Positions 9,614 through 21,100 of a stretch of DNA of 64,000 bases are shown here, piece by piece (position 1 is the stretch's first letter; the number at the start of each line of letters is the position of its first letter). The notes beneath the pieces are model-generated. The model made no database searches. It was not told the origin of the DNA and saw only the letters and a program-made list of their open reading frames with translations. Location of the stretch: positions 32,001 through 96,000 of the IMG/VR virus record IMGVR_UViG_3300024999_000045; one strand, given 5' to 3'. The position numbers were made by a program, and so were the translations under genes. Source of the stretch: a virus.

Positions 9614-9666
9614 TCAAACATAGATTTTATAAAAAATATAAACATAATAACAAGAAAGGAATATTA

Positions 9667-10236
9667 ATGGAAAAATACGAAGTTTTTAATAAGGAATTAA
9701 ATTATATTAAAAATGCAAAAATCAAAGAATTCACAACTGAAGTGTTAAAAATTGTACCAGATTATTTTTGGGAAGTTCCAGCTTCGAGTACGTTTAAGTA
9801 CCACCCCTCTCCATCTAGAGAGGTAGGGGGTTTAATTTATCATACTAAATCCGCTGTGAGATTCGCTGTCGAGATGTTTGGGTTTCATAGTATGCAAAGT
9901 TATGATAATACAATGCAAAGCATAATAATTTCTGCATTAATACTTCATGATATGGCAAAGTCAGGGATACCAAAAACACAATATACAGTAACAGAACATC
10001 CGTTAATTGCTGCTAATTATATAAGAGAGCACAAAGATATTTGTGAGATTTTAGATAAAGAAATTTTAGATAAAATTCTATCTGGAATAGAGACACATAT
10101 GACCGAATGGAATAAAGATTATAAGACAGGCAAAGAAGTTCTTCCATTACCGACTCAGGGATATCAAAAATACATTGGTATTTGTGATTATTTAAGTAGT
10201 AGAAAATGTATGACTTTGGATTTAGATGAGGATTAA
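9667..10236 (+). CDS. HD-domain phosphohydrolase
   Basis: PASSTFKYHP...GGLIYHT...ALILHDMAK...EHP...IETH...ICDYLSSR. Confidence 0.85.
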   Translation: MEKYEVFNKELNYIKNAKIKEFTTEVLKIVPDYFWEVPASSTFKYHPSPSREVGGLIYHTKSAVRFAVEMFGFHSMQSYDNTMQSIIISALILHDMAKSGIPKTQYTVTEHPLIAANYIREHKDICEILDKEILDKILSGIETHMTEWNKDYKTGKEVLPLPTQGYQKYIGICDYLSSRKCMTLDLDED

Positions 10237-10919
10237 TGGGTTTATTAAATAATATGGTTGGAAGAATTTTTGGAAAGTTAACGGTTATAGCAAGAGATGT
10301 TGATAAATTACAAAATACATATTGGATTTGTAAATGTAGTTGTGAAAGTGGCAAAACTAAATCAGTAAGAGGTTCACATTTAAAAGCAGGCAGAATTCAA
10401 AGTTGTGGGTGTTTATATAATAAAATAAGAGGTCAAAAACTGCCGAATAATCAGTTTATATTTAGAGATAATTATAAAATTGGAATAACTTATGACGGGA
10501 AAGAATTTTATTATGATGTTGAAGATGCTTATTTTATTGAAGAACATACTTGGTATTTTGATAAAGACGGTTATGTTATAACTAGAATTAATAACAAAGG
10601 TGTAAAAATGCATAAATTAATTATTCCAAGTAGCAGAAATGAAATTATAGACCATAAAAATCAAAATAAATTTGATAATAGAAAAGATAATTTAAGAAAA
10701 TGTGATTCTAGTCAAAGTGCTATGAATATTAGACGAAGAAACCACAATACAAGTGGTGTTACTGGAGTTGGGTGGCATAAAACAAGCAATAAATGGAGAG
10801 TTAGAATTAATTATAATAAAAAATCTGTTTTTCTTGGAGAATTTGAAAATTTCGAAGACGCAGTGAAAGTACGCAAAGAAGCAGAACAAAAATATTTCGG
10901 AGAATTTGCACCAAAATAA
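10236..10919 (+). CDS. HNH-AP2 homing endonuclease
   Basis: GRIFGKLTV...WICKCSC N-terminus, IIDHKNQNKFDNRKDNLR (HNH), SGVTGVGWHKTSNKWRVRI...EDAVKVRKEAE (AP2). Confidence 0.9.
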   Translation: MGLLNNMVGRIFGKLTVIARDVDKLQNTYWICKCSCESGKTKSVRGSHLKAGRIQSCGCLYNKIRGQKLPNNQFIFRDNYKIGITYDGKEFYYDVEDAYFIEEHTWYFDKDGYVITRINNKGVKMHKLIIPSSRNEIIDHKNQNKFDNRKDNLRKCDSSQSAMNIRRRNHNTSGVTGVGWHKTSNKWRVRINYNKKSVFLGEFENFEDAVKVRKEAEQKYFGEFAPK

Positions 10920-11005
10920 TAAAATATAAACATAATAATTAAATATAATTAGAGTTTATACTCTTTTATATAGATAAAAAACATAGATTAAACGGAGGAT
11001 ATAAA

Positions 11006-12181
11006 ATGGCTAAAAAAGAAGAAAAAAAGGCATTAAAAAAAGGTCAAGCAAATTTTCAATTAATTGGCAAAGTAAAGATTGGTGATTTTACTTATAAAAT
11101 CGACCAACAATCAAAAACTTCAGATTGGCTTTATAATCAAATGAACCTTGGTGTTGATTGTGGAGATGGTAATATTGTATATGCAGATATGATGGGTGGC
11201 TATGGCACAGAAAGAGACAACGTATTATATGTACATGGCAAGAAAAAATCAGATAATAGTGACAAACTTATTGATGACTATGAAAACAGATATACAATTT
11301 CTTGGGAAGATAGATTTGATGAAACATTAACTGAAGGTATTGGTGAAAATTGTTTTATAACAGTTGGAATAGAAAAAGATAGTAAAGGTAAAACATTTGC
11401 TAAAAAATTCTTATCACAATACGATGCAATAGAATATACAAAAGAACATTTAGAAGATGGAACTATTGTTAATGTTAAAGGTTCTTTAAAATATAGTGAA
11501 TATAATGAAAGTTTACAAATTAAAAAAGAAATAAACTCTATATTTTTATCAAAAGTTGAAAAAGAATCCGATTTTAAAGCAAAATTTACTCAAACAATAC
11601 TTGTTCATAGAGATAGTGTTAGTTTTGATAAAGATAGAGAAGTTTATAATATTGAAGCTTATATTGTAGACTTTCTTGGAAAACTTGATAATAGAAAGAT
11701 AAATGAAAATATAGTATATACAAAGGTTTTTGAAATGGCAGTTGACCAAACTAATCCAGAAAAAACTAATAAATTAATTTCTAAGATATTCAAAACTTCT
11801 AAAGGTCTTAAAGAAATTACAGTTGAAGGCGAATTAGTAGAAGGACAATCAATGACAAAAGTATCTGCCGATGATATTCCTAATGATATAAAAGAATTGA
11901 TTGAATATGGTGCAATTACACTTGAAGATTATCAAGGAAGAGCTGCTATTGGTGGAAATAAAGAAAAGAAAATGGTAATTAAAACTCCTTCAATTAAGTT
12001 TGTTGAAAAAGATGGAGCAAAATCTCCAGTTATTCTTATGGAAGAAAGTAAATATCAAGAAAGTGATCTAGTATTTTTACATCAATTTTTAGAAGAAGAA
12101 ATAGAAGAATTAGAAGAAGATAGTGACGAAGATGATAGTGAAGACTTAGATGATGATTTAATGAGTTTATTAAATGACTAA
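11006..12181 (+). CDS. putative single-stranded DNA-binding / replication protein
   Basis: First gene of the replication block; very acidic C-terminal tail typical of SSBs; function inferred from position and tail only. Confidence 0.45.
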   Translation: MAKKEEKKALKKGQANFQLIGKVKIGDFTYKIDQQSKTSDWLYNQMNLGVDCGDGNIVYADMMGGYGTERDNVLYVHGKKKSDNSDKLIDDYENRYTISWEDRFDETLTEGIGENCFITVGIEKDSKGKTFAKKFLSQYDAIEYTKEHLEDGTIVNVKGSLKYSEYNESLQIKKEINSIFLSKVEKESDFKAKFTQTILVHRDSVSFDKDREVYNIEAYIVDFLGKLDNRKINENIVYTKVFEMAVDQTNPEKTNKLISKIFKTSKGLKEITVEGELVEGQSMTKVSADDIPNDIKELIEYGAITLEDYQGRAAIGGNKEKKMVIKTPSIKFVEKDGAKSPVILMEESKYQESDLVFLHQFLEEEIEELEEDSDEDDSEDLDDDLMSLLND

Positions 12182-12209
12182 AATATAAATATAATAATAG
12201 GAGGTAAAT

Positions 12210-13187
12210 ATGGGATTCAGAGATTCTAATTCAAAACAAATAGGTGGTAAATTTTTAGTATATGGTGATACAAGTTCGGGTAAAAGTTTTTTTACCCTTA
12301 CTTTTCCAAAATTAGCTTCTGTTGATAGCGAAGCAGGACTTGCACATTACGAGGGTAGAGACGTTGTTATTAATAATAAAAAATACAACAATTTAGTTAT
12401 TGTTGATAATACTGCTGATTTAGAAGACTTAGAGGATAGCTTAGATGATTTACTTGATGGAAAATATGATGGTAAAATTGAAAGTTTTGCAGTTGATAGT
12501 GAAACAAAATTTTATAATACAATGCAAGTTGGTGCTATGGAAGTAGAAGAAAGAAGAGCAAGAAAAAAAGGTGAAGATGTTGACGATCAAACTGTATCAC
12601 AAAGGCAATGGGGTAGAATTAAATTAATCAATATGAAACTTCAACAAGCTAAAATAGATTTATCTACTAAAGGTGTTCACGTTGTTTCTGTTGCTCAAGG
12701 AATGGATTTAAGAGATAAAGCAGGTAAAAATGTAATAGGTGAAAAACCAGATATGCATAAATCAGTTCCATTTGATTATGATACTGTTTTAAGATTCTAC
12801 AAAGAAAAAGATAAAACTACTGGAAAAATAAAGTTCTTTGCAGAAGTTGAGAAAGATAGAACCGAAGTTACAAATATAGGAGATATTTTTGAAAATTGTA
12901 CTTTTGATGTTTGGAAAGATTATTACAATAAAAAATCTAAACTAGATAAAATGGTTACAAATTATACTAAAGACTTAAAAACTTCTACTGAAGGAATTAT
13001 GACTGATGCTGACAAAGCTGATGAATTAGTAAAAGAATTTAAGGAAAATTTGAAAAAAGTAGCACCTGAAAGTCAATCTTTGGTTAATTCAAAGATAAAA
13101 GAATTAGAACTTTCAGTTAAAAATTTAAATATTTCAGACACAAATAAACTTCAACAATTAGTTAATTATACAAAGTCATTAGTCTAA
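12210..13187 (+). CDS. AAA ATPase (Sak4-like ssDNA annealing protein)
   Basis: Walker A YGDTSSGKS, Walker B FAVDSET, QRQWG motif. Confidence 0.7.
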   Translation: MGFRDSNSKQIGGKFLVYGDTSSGKSFFTLTFPKLASVDSEAGLAHYEGRDVVINNKKYNNLVIVDNTADLEDLEDSLDDLLDGKYDGKIESFAVDSETKFYNTMQVGAMEVEERRARKKGEDVDDQTVSQRQWGRIKLINMKLQQAKIDLSTKGVHVVSVAQGMDLRDKAGKNVIGEKPDMHKSVPFDYDTVLRFYKEKDKTTGKIKFFAEVEKDRTEVTNIGDIFENCTFDVWKDYYNKKSKLDKMVTNYTKDLKTSTEGIMTDADKADELVKEFKENLKKVAPESQSLVNSKIKELELSVKNLNISDTNKLQQLVNYTKSLV

Positions 13188-13236
13188 ACACAATATGGTG
13201 GGGATATAAATTATATCCCCACACAATTATATTAGG

Positions 13237-13707
13237 GTGATTAAATTGAAAACAATAGATAAAGGAAAACAAAAAGACTGGCTTGAATTATGTGATTATG
13301 TACACAAAGAGATATTAGAGTATGAAGAAGATATGAAATTCCCTAAAAAATTAGCATTAAGATTAAAAGGGTTGTCTTCAGGACAATTTCTAGCAAATAA
13401 TACTTTGAAACCACAAGCAAATTATGAATATAAAACTATCCTTTATACTTTTAAAATATACAAAACTGAAATACTTCAGGCAGTGCAAAGAAAATGCTCT
13501 GACTTCAAAAGTGAAGAGCATAAATGGAATTATGTAATGGCTATAGTTGAGAATAAAATAAATGATGTAGTTATTATGTTAAAAAAGAATAAAAAATCTA
13601 TGCAAAAAACAGAAAATATAGATACTTCTAATCATTTTAATAATAGTGCAGAATATAAAAAGAAAACTATAGAAAAGAAAAATTCAACATTAAATAAACT
13701 GTGGTAG
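13237..13707 (+). CDS. hypothetical replication-block protein
   Basis: ORF track; overlaps the helicase start. Confidence 0.65.
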   Translation: MIKLKTIDKGKQKDWLELCDYVHKEILEYEEDMKFPKKLALRLKGLSSGQFLANNTLKPQANYEYKTILYTFKIYKTEILQAVQRKCSDFKSEEHKWNYVMAIVENKINDVVIMLKKNKKSMQKTENIDTSNHFNNSAEYKKKTIEKKNSTLNKLW

Positions 13708-15209
13708 GTGATACTTTGGCAAAGAAAAATGATAAACTATCCGCTTTTGAAGAGGAGTTATTAAAGGGTATAAAAAAAGTTAAAGAATTTAAACTATCTT
13801 GCGAGGCTAATATAGTTTCTATTTTATACAAAAATCCCGACTTATATTATGATTATGAAAGTATCACAATAAAAAACTTTTCTTATAATGAGTGGAAGGT
13901 ATATTTTCAAATAGGTTATGACATTATTGTAAAAGAAAATAAAAAATCACTAGATGAGATTACGGTGGGTTTATATTTAGAAAAGCACTCTAAATTAAAA
14001 GAAAAATATACTGAATATGGTGGATTTGACACTATAGAAAAAGCCAAAGAATATGTAAAAGAAAAAAACATAATTGGATATGTTAATGAACTTCATAAGT
14101 GGAATACTGTTTTAGAATTGTTAAATAAAAAATTCCCAGTTGTAGATAGAATAAAAGAATTTGTTGATATGTCTTTAGAAGAAATGTATAACGAATATGA
14201 AGCTATTTTAAATCATGTTTTCATAAATGCAGAGAGTGATGACGCTTGTTATGATATAGCAGATAATATATATGAATTAATTGATGAATTAAATGAAGGC
14301 TCTGCAATCGGTATGCCATTACATAATGCCCCACTTCTGTCTAAAGAAATTGGTGGAGATTTAGTAGGAAATATTACTTTAGTTGGTGGACTAAGTGGTT
14401 CTGGAAAAAGCAGCATGGTTAGAACAACAAAAATACCTAGTGTTATTGAATTTGGTGAAAAATTAGTCATTATGATCAATGAAGAAGGTTTAAAAAAATG
14501 GCAACGTGAACTAATTGTTTGGGTTTCAAACAATATTTTTAAAGAAGACCTTCAGAAATATATTGTAAGGGACGGAAAATACAGTAAAGAAACTAAGGAT
14601 TTATTACTAAAATGTGCAGAATGGATTAAAAGTAATAGTGGATTAATAAAAGTAATTCCATTTAAAAAATATTCAACTAACAAAGCCATAAAAGTGATTA
14701 AAAAATATTCAAGTATTGGTGTTAAATATTTTGTATTAGATACATTCAAAGCTGATTCAAAAAGTAGTAATAACGATGCATTTTGGATTAATATGCAACA
14801 AAGTATGGTTGATATATACGACACTATAAAACCAGACCAAAAAAATGTACATATCACAATTACATTTCAACTTAGTAAAAGTAGTTCTAAACAAAGATAT
14901 TATACACAAGAAAATGTTGGTATGGCTAAAAATATGATTGATGTAGCTTCAACTTGTATAATGATTAGACAATTGTTTGATGATGAGTTTGAAGGTGAGA
15001 AAAAAGAATTAAAAGTATATAGGTTAGAAGGTAAAAATAATAAAACTAAAATACCAGTAAAATTAACTAAAAACAAGCATTATCAAGTAATTTTTATTGT
15101 AAAAAATAGAGAAGGTGCTAGTAATGATTATCAAATAGTAGTTGAACATGATTTAAGTAGAAATACTTATAAAGAAATAGGAATTACGACTGTACCAGTA
15201 GATTTTTAA
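13701..15209 (+). CDS. dnaB: replicative DNA helicase (DnaB-like)
   Basis: Walker A GGLSGSGKS, Walker B FVLDTFK, ITFQLS, IVKNREG. Confidence 0.85.
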   Translation: MVGDTLAKKNDKLSAFEEELLKGIKKVKEFKLSCEANIVSILYKNPDLYYDYESITIKNFSYNEWKVYFQIGYDIIVKENKKSLDEITVGLYLEKHSKLKEKYTEYGGFDTIEKAKEYVKEKNIIGYVNELHKWNTVLELLNKKFPVVDRIKEFVDMSLEEMYNEYEAILNHVFINAESDDACYDIADNIYELIDELNEGSAIGMPLHNAPLLSKEIGGDLVGNITLVGGLSGSGKSSMVRTTKIPSVIEFGEKLVIMINEEGLKKWQRELIVWVSNNIFKEDLQKYIVRDGKYSKETKDLLLKCAEWIKSNSGLIKVIPFKKYSTNKAIKVIKKYSSIGVKYFVLDTFKADSKSSNNDAFWINMQQSMVDIYDTIKPDQKNVHITITFQLSKSSSKQRYYTQENVGMAKNMIDVASTCIMIRQLFDDEFEGEKKELKVYRLEGKNNKTKIPVKLTKNKHYQVIFIVKNREGASNDYQIVVEHDLSRNTYKEIGITTVPVDF

Positions 15210-15214
15210 ATAGA

Positions 15215-16300
15215 TTGGAGATATGTATGGACGCATTTGAATTAAAAAACTATATTATTCAAAATGAAAAAATTAAATACATATTAGAAAATCTAGAATG
15301 TCATAATATAAAACAATATTCAACAGAATTTAGATGTGGACTTCCAGGTCATTCAAACAAAACTTCAATTTCAGTAAAGATAGAAAGTTTATCTATTGGT
15401 ATATATCAATCTGAAGATGAGACGGTTAGAGGAGATATATTTACCTTATGTATGCATTTGAAGTCTATTTCTTTTCCAAAGTCAGTTAAATATATACATG
15501 AGATACTTGGTTTAGAATATAGTTATACTAAAAAAGAAGAGAAAAAAGAAAAAAGAGATCCCTTAGAAGTCTTTAAAAAAATCAAAAGAAAAAATCATTT
15601 CACAAGTAATTTTGAAATTTATGATGAAAATAGTTTAATAGATTATCTACCATACCCTCATATAGAATGGTTGCGAGATGGAATTTCTGCTAAAACATGT
15701 GAGAGGTTTAAAATAGGATATAGTAATAAACATAAAAGAATAGTTATTCCTGTTAGATATTGGTGCGGTAGTGAAAATGACTTCATAGGTGTTATAGGAA
15801 GAACTACAGTGAAGACATATGAGGAATTCGATATACCTAAATATTTTCCTTTAATAAAATATTCTAAGAGTCTGAATCTATATGGGTTGCAAGAAAATTA
15901 TAATGGCATTCAAACAAAAAACCAAGTTGTAGTTTATGAATCGGAAAAATCTGTATTAAAAAGATTTACTAGGTTAGATGAAACTGGGGTAGCTGTAGGT
16001 TCACATTCATTAAGTGAAGAACAAATAAGAATACTAATTGGTTTGAATGTTGATATAACTATTGCTTATGATAAAGATATACCACTACAACATATTAGGT
16101 CTGAATGTGAAAAGTTTTATGGAATTAGAAATATAAATTATATTTTTGATAAGAGAGGACTTTTAAAAGAAAAAGAAAGTCCAGCAGATGCACATAATAG
16201 AATATTTGAATACTTATTAAAAAACAAAATCAAATATGATGAAAAAGAACATGAATTATATATTAAAAGTCTAAAAAAGGAGTTAAAACTGTGGACTTGA
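15215..16300 (+). CDS. dnaG: DNA primase
   Basis: N-terminal Zn-binding CH/CG motif, TOPRIM VVYESEKS...IAYDKD. Confidence 0.85.
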   Translation: MEICMDAFELKNYIIQNEKIKYILENLECHNIKQYSTEFRCGLPGHSNKTSISVKIESLSIGIYQSEDETVRGDIFTLCMHLKSISFPKSVKYIHEILGLEYSYTKKEEKKEKRDPLEVFKKIKRKNHFTSNFEIYDENSLIDYLPYPHIEWLRDGISAKTCERFKIGYSNKHKRIVIPVRYWCGSENDFIGVIGRTTVKTYEEFDIPKYFPLIKYSKSLNLYGLQENYNGIQTKNQVVVYESEKSVLKRFTRLDETGVAVGSHSLSEEQIRILIGLNVDITIAYDKDIPLQHIRSECEKFYGIRNINYIFDKRGLLKEKESPADAHNRIFEYLLKNKIKYDEKEHELYIKSLKKELKLWT

Positions 16301-17031
16301 TAGGACAAAAATTTAACAGACTAACAATTACAAAAAAAACTCAAAAACCTTTAAATAGAAAATATAGTGGAACTTTTTGGTTATGTATATGTGATTGTGG
16401 TAATGAAAAAATTTTATCAACTGGTGAGATCAAAAGTGGAAACACAAAAAGTTGTGGTTGTTTAAATATAGAAAGAATAATTAATTATAATAAAGAGAAT
16501 AAAAAAAAGTATAATGTTTATGACCTAACAGGTGAATATGGCATTGGATATACCTCTAAGAACGAGGAATTTTATTTTGACTTAGAAGATTATGATAAAA
16601 TTAAGGATTATTCTTGGCATTTGGATAACAAAGGCTATGTTATTAATTCTAAAAATGAAAAACAAAAAATATGTTTTCACAGGTTAGTTATGAATTGCGA
16701 AGATAATTTAATAGTTGACCATAAAAATGGACACAAATCAAGAAATAATAATAGAAAAAACAATTTAAGAATATGTAGTCATAAAGAAAATGCTTGGAAT
16801 AGAAAGATTGTATCAAATAATAAAAGTGGACAAAATGGAGTTTGTTTTAGTAAAAAAGAGGCAAAGTGGAAGTCCTCAATCACAGTAAATAAAAAAAAGA
16901 TAAGTTTAGGTAGTTTTAATAATCTCGAAGACGCAATAAAAATAAGGCAAAAAGCAGAAATTGAATATTATGGAGAATATAAATATAATAACGAGGTATT
17001 AAAATATGAGAAAAACACAAAAACAACTTGA
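16291..17031 (+). CDS. HNH-AP2 homing endonuclease
   Basis: MDLIGQKFNRLT...WLCICDCG...KSCGC, VDHKNGH...NNRKNNLR, AP2-like SGQNGVCFSKKEAKWKSSI; overlaps both neighbours. Confidence 0.9.
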   Translation: MDLIGQKFNRLTITKKTQKPLNRKYSGTFWLCICDCGNEKILSTGEIKSGNTKSCGCLNIERIINYNKENKKKYNVYDLTGEYGIGYTSKNEEFYFDLEDYDKIKDYSWHLDNKGYVINSKNEKQKICFHRLVMNCEDNLIVDHKNGHKSRNNNRKNNLRICSHKENAWNRKIVSNNKSGQNGVCFSKKEAKWKSSITVNKKKISLGSFNNLEDAIKIRQKAEIEYYGEYKYNNEVLKYEKNTKTT

Positions 17032-18157
17032 ACAGATAAAAAAGAAATATAATATTAGTGAATTATGGAGTTGGAGCAAATATAATACATACAAAACAGA
17101 TAAATTTGAATATTTCTTGAAATACATCAAACAAACAAAACAAGATAGAAATGATTCTATATACGGTGCCAGTGGAAATGCTGCACATGATATTATAGAA
17201 AAGTTTTATAATAAAGAAATTAAATATGAAGAAATGATAGACGAATATGAAGACGCATTATTTAAATTTAATATAGCAAAATTAAAATATGATAGATGTG
17301 ATGAAGATAAAAATGAAAAAATAGCAAATAAATATGAAGAATGTATGAGACATTTTTTCTTAAATCATCAAATATTGCCTTATAAATTAATTTTAGAAGA
17401 GTTTTTATTAATAAAAGTTGGTGAATTTCTATTTCAATCATACTTAGACTGTGTTCATAAAGAAATTAGAGACGGAAAAGCAAAGTACCTAGTTACAGAT
17501 TTTAAAACATCGAGTATTTATACTGGTAAAAAAATAAACAAAGAACGTGGTCAATTAGTATTATATGCAGAAGGACTAAGGCAAAAATTAAATATACCAT
17601 TAGAAGATATAATAATAAGATGGGCATTTCTAAAATATGTTGAAGTTGAACAAATGCAAGCCAATGGCAAGGTCTCATATAGAAATATAGAGAGAAATAA
17701 AATTGGTGAAAGTTTAACTGCTGGTGCAAAAATGTGGTTAAAAAAAGAAAAATATAGTGAAGAAGAAATAGAAGACTTTATTTTTTTAATGGAAGAGACA
17801 AACAATATATTATGTTTACCAGAAAGTGTTAGAGAAAAATTTGTTATCAAAGATTGCTATGTTGAAATTCCACTAGATCAAAAAGTTATTGATGATTTAA
17901 AATCTGAAATCATAAGCACAATAATTGAAATTAAAAAACTTGAAAATGAATATATAAAAACTAAAAATGAAAAGTTATTTTGGCAAGATGTAGACAAAGA
18001 GCATTCATATTATATGGCTAATTTAAGTTCATATAGCAGAAATATACATAAACCATACGATGAATATTTAACAAATATTGAAATCATGAGTGGTGGAAGT
18101 AATAGTAAAAGAGATGATGACGATGATTTAAAAGATTTATTGAATTTACTTGACTAA
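17006..18157 (+). CDS. PD-(D/E)xK exonuclease (RecB/Cas4-like)
   Basis: WSWSKYN...GNAAHDIIE...YLDCV...VTDFKTS...QLVLYA. Confidence 0.85.
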   Translation: MRKTQKQLEQIKKKYNISELWSWSKYNTYKTDKFEYFLKYIKQTKQDRNDSIYGASGNAAHDIIEKFYNKEIKYEEMIDEYEDALFKFNIAKLKYDRCDEDKNEKIANKYEECMRHFFLNHQILPYKLILEEFLLIKVGEFLFQSYLDCVHKEIRDGKAKYLVTDFKTSSIYTGKKINKERGQLVLYAEGLRQKLNIPLEDIIIRWAFLKYVEVEQMQANGKVSYRNIERNKIGESLTAGAKMWLKKEKYSEEEIEDFIFLMEETNNILCLPESVREKFVIKDCYVEIPLDQKVIDDLKSEIISTIIEIKKLENEYIKTKNEKLFWQDVDKEHSYYMANLSSYSRNIHKPYDEYLTNIEIMSGGSNSKRDDDDDLKDLLNLLD

Positions 18158-18196
18158 ATATAAACATAATTATATAATAAATGAGGTGAAGGTTAT

Positions 18197-21100
18197 ATGA
18201 TATATAATAATTACCATAAACATGACCATTATTCAAATACTAGAACACCAGATGTTATAGTAAAACCAGAAGATTATATTAGTAGGCTATTAGAATTAGG
18301 TCATACACATTATTTTACAACTAATCACGGTTGTAGTGGAAATGTTTTTGAAGCTTATGATTTATGTAAGAAAAATGATTTGAAAATGGTTTATGGTATG
18401 GAAATGTATTATGTTGATGATAGATTTGAAAAAAACAGAAAAAACTTTCATATAATTGTAATCGGACTAACTAAAAATGCTTATTATCATATAAATAGAA
18501 TATCCTCAGAAGCTAATAAAACAGGTTTTTATTATCACCCAAGAGTAGACAGAGAATTATTATTAAGTTTACCTAAAGATGAAGTAATAATTACAACAGC
18601 ATGTATAAATAATAGAATATTTGGTGGTGAAAACGGCATTGAAGAGTTTTTAATTCCACTAAAAGAACATTTTAACAATAATTTTTTATTAGAAGTTCAA
18701 AATCACAATCACCAAATCCAAATTGAATGGAATAAAAAAATATTAGAATTATCAAAAAAATATTCAATTTCAATTATACATGGAAATGATTCACATTATA
18801 TTTATCCTGAACAATCTAAAGATAGAGTAGAATTTTTAAAAGGAAAAGGTATGAATTATGGAGATGAAGATTCTTTTATTTTAGATTTTCCAAATTATGA
18901 AACAATATTAAATAGATATAAAAATCAAGGAGTTTTAAATGATGAACAAATTTACCAATCTTTAGAAAATACTTTAATTTTTGATAAAGCTGAGGATTTA
19001 AATTTTACAAAAGAAATAAAAATGCCAACTATATATCCAAATTTAACACCACATGAAAGACTTTTAAAACTTAAAGACATAATAGTTGATAAATGGAATA
19101 AAGAATCTAAAAACATTCCAATAAATGAACACAAAAAGTATAAAGAAGCAATAAAATTTGAAATGAAGATATTAAAAGAAACAAATGAAGTTAAAACATC
19201 AGATTATTTTCTGATTAATGAAAAAATAATAGATATTGGTGTAAATAAATACGACGGAATTCTAACAAGGACGGGTCGTGGATGTTTTACAGAAGATGCA
19301 CTTGTTCACACAAAAAATACATTGAAATCAATCAAAGATATTAAAATTGGTGATGAAGTTATTACAAAAGATGGTAAATTTAATAAAGTAATAAATACTA
19401 TGGCGTATGACGTAAATGAAAAGTTAATTCAAATTAAACATTTATATGGTACTGATAAATATTATCCTACAATATGTACTTCAGACCACAAAATTTTAAT
19501 AAATAGAAATGGGAAAGTAGAATGGATTGCTGCCAAAAACATTATAAAATCAGATTTTGTATGTGTTCCAAAAATAAAAAGTCAATCAATATTGCCAGGG
19601 TATATTGATTTAAATAATTATAATATTTTTGGTTATGAATTTGATGAAAAATATATATATGAATATTCACCATATATTAATAATGAATATACATATTCTC
19701 CTACGGAAGTTTCTAGAACAATAGGAGTAGGAAAAAGTGTTTTTGAAAAATTTGCTAATGGAGATAAAAATGTTTTGACTAATAAAAAATATTGGGCAAG
19801 AGAAAAATTTTTTGAATTATTTCCTTTTAATACACAAGAAGATTATGTTAAATATATAAAACAGAAAAGAACGAAAAAAATTAATCGTTATATCAAATTA
19901 GATAAAACATTTAATCAATTTATAGGTTTAATGTACGGAGATGGATTTGCACCAAAAAATAGACCTTATACAATTGGATTAGCTATAAATAATACAACTA
20001 AAAAAGATGAAATTAACAGAAAAATATTTTTTGAGATTGCATATAAATTTAATATTGATGTTTATGAAAATAAAAGTAAAATAAAAAAATTATCTCAATT
20101 AACAATAAATTCAAATATTATTTCGAGATTTATTAGAGCTGATTTGTTTATATCTCAACAAAATAAAGAGAAACAATTTAATAATAAGTGGTTTAATCAA
20201 GATAAAAATAATTTGATTGGAATAATCGAGGGTTTAAGATTTTCCGATGGAAGTTTTCCATGTGAAAATCAAACAGATAGACGAATAAATTTTGATAATA
20301 CTTCTAAATCAATAGTGAATGCTTATAAAATTTTATGTTTAATGACAGATGAAGGTATTAACAGTCTAAATGTAAGACCTTCATGGTTAGATAAAAGTAA
20401 TTATAAATGTAAAGAAAGTTATAAATTAAGAATTAATAAAAATTCAGATGATGCAAAAAAAATAACAGAAAGAACTTTTCAAGATGATAATTATTGGTAT
20501 CTACCAATAAAAGAGGTTGTATTTTTACCAAAGCAAAAGACAAAAGTTTATGATATAACGGTTGAAAATGAACATAATTATCTATTAAATAATATGATAG
20601 TACATAATTCGGCAGTATCTTTTTATATTAATAAACTCTTAGGATTTACTGAAGTAGATAGATTAAAAGCAGATGTTCCATTATATCCAACAAGGTTTAT
20701 GAGTGTTTCAAGAGTTCTTGGTACTAAGTCAATGCCCGATATAGATTTTAACACTGCAAACCCTGAACCATTTATTAAAGCAAGTAAAGATGTTTTAGGT
20801 GAAGACGGCGTTTATTATATGATTGCTTATGGTACTATGAAAGAGTCTGGTGCTTTTAGAAATCTTTGTAGGGCTAGAGGTATGGAAGTTCAAGAATATA
20901 ATGAGGTAGCAAAAGATTTAGAAAAATATATAAATGACTCAAAATGGAAAGATTTAATAGAAGAATCCAAAAAATTTATAGGTGTTATTGATTCGATTTC
21001 ACCCTCTCCTTGTAGCTTTTTATTATTAGATAAACCAATATCTAAAGAAATAGGTTTAATAAGAGTAGGGAATGAAATATGTTGTTGTATAGATGGATAT

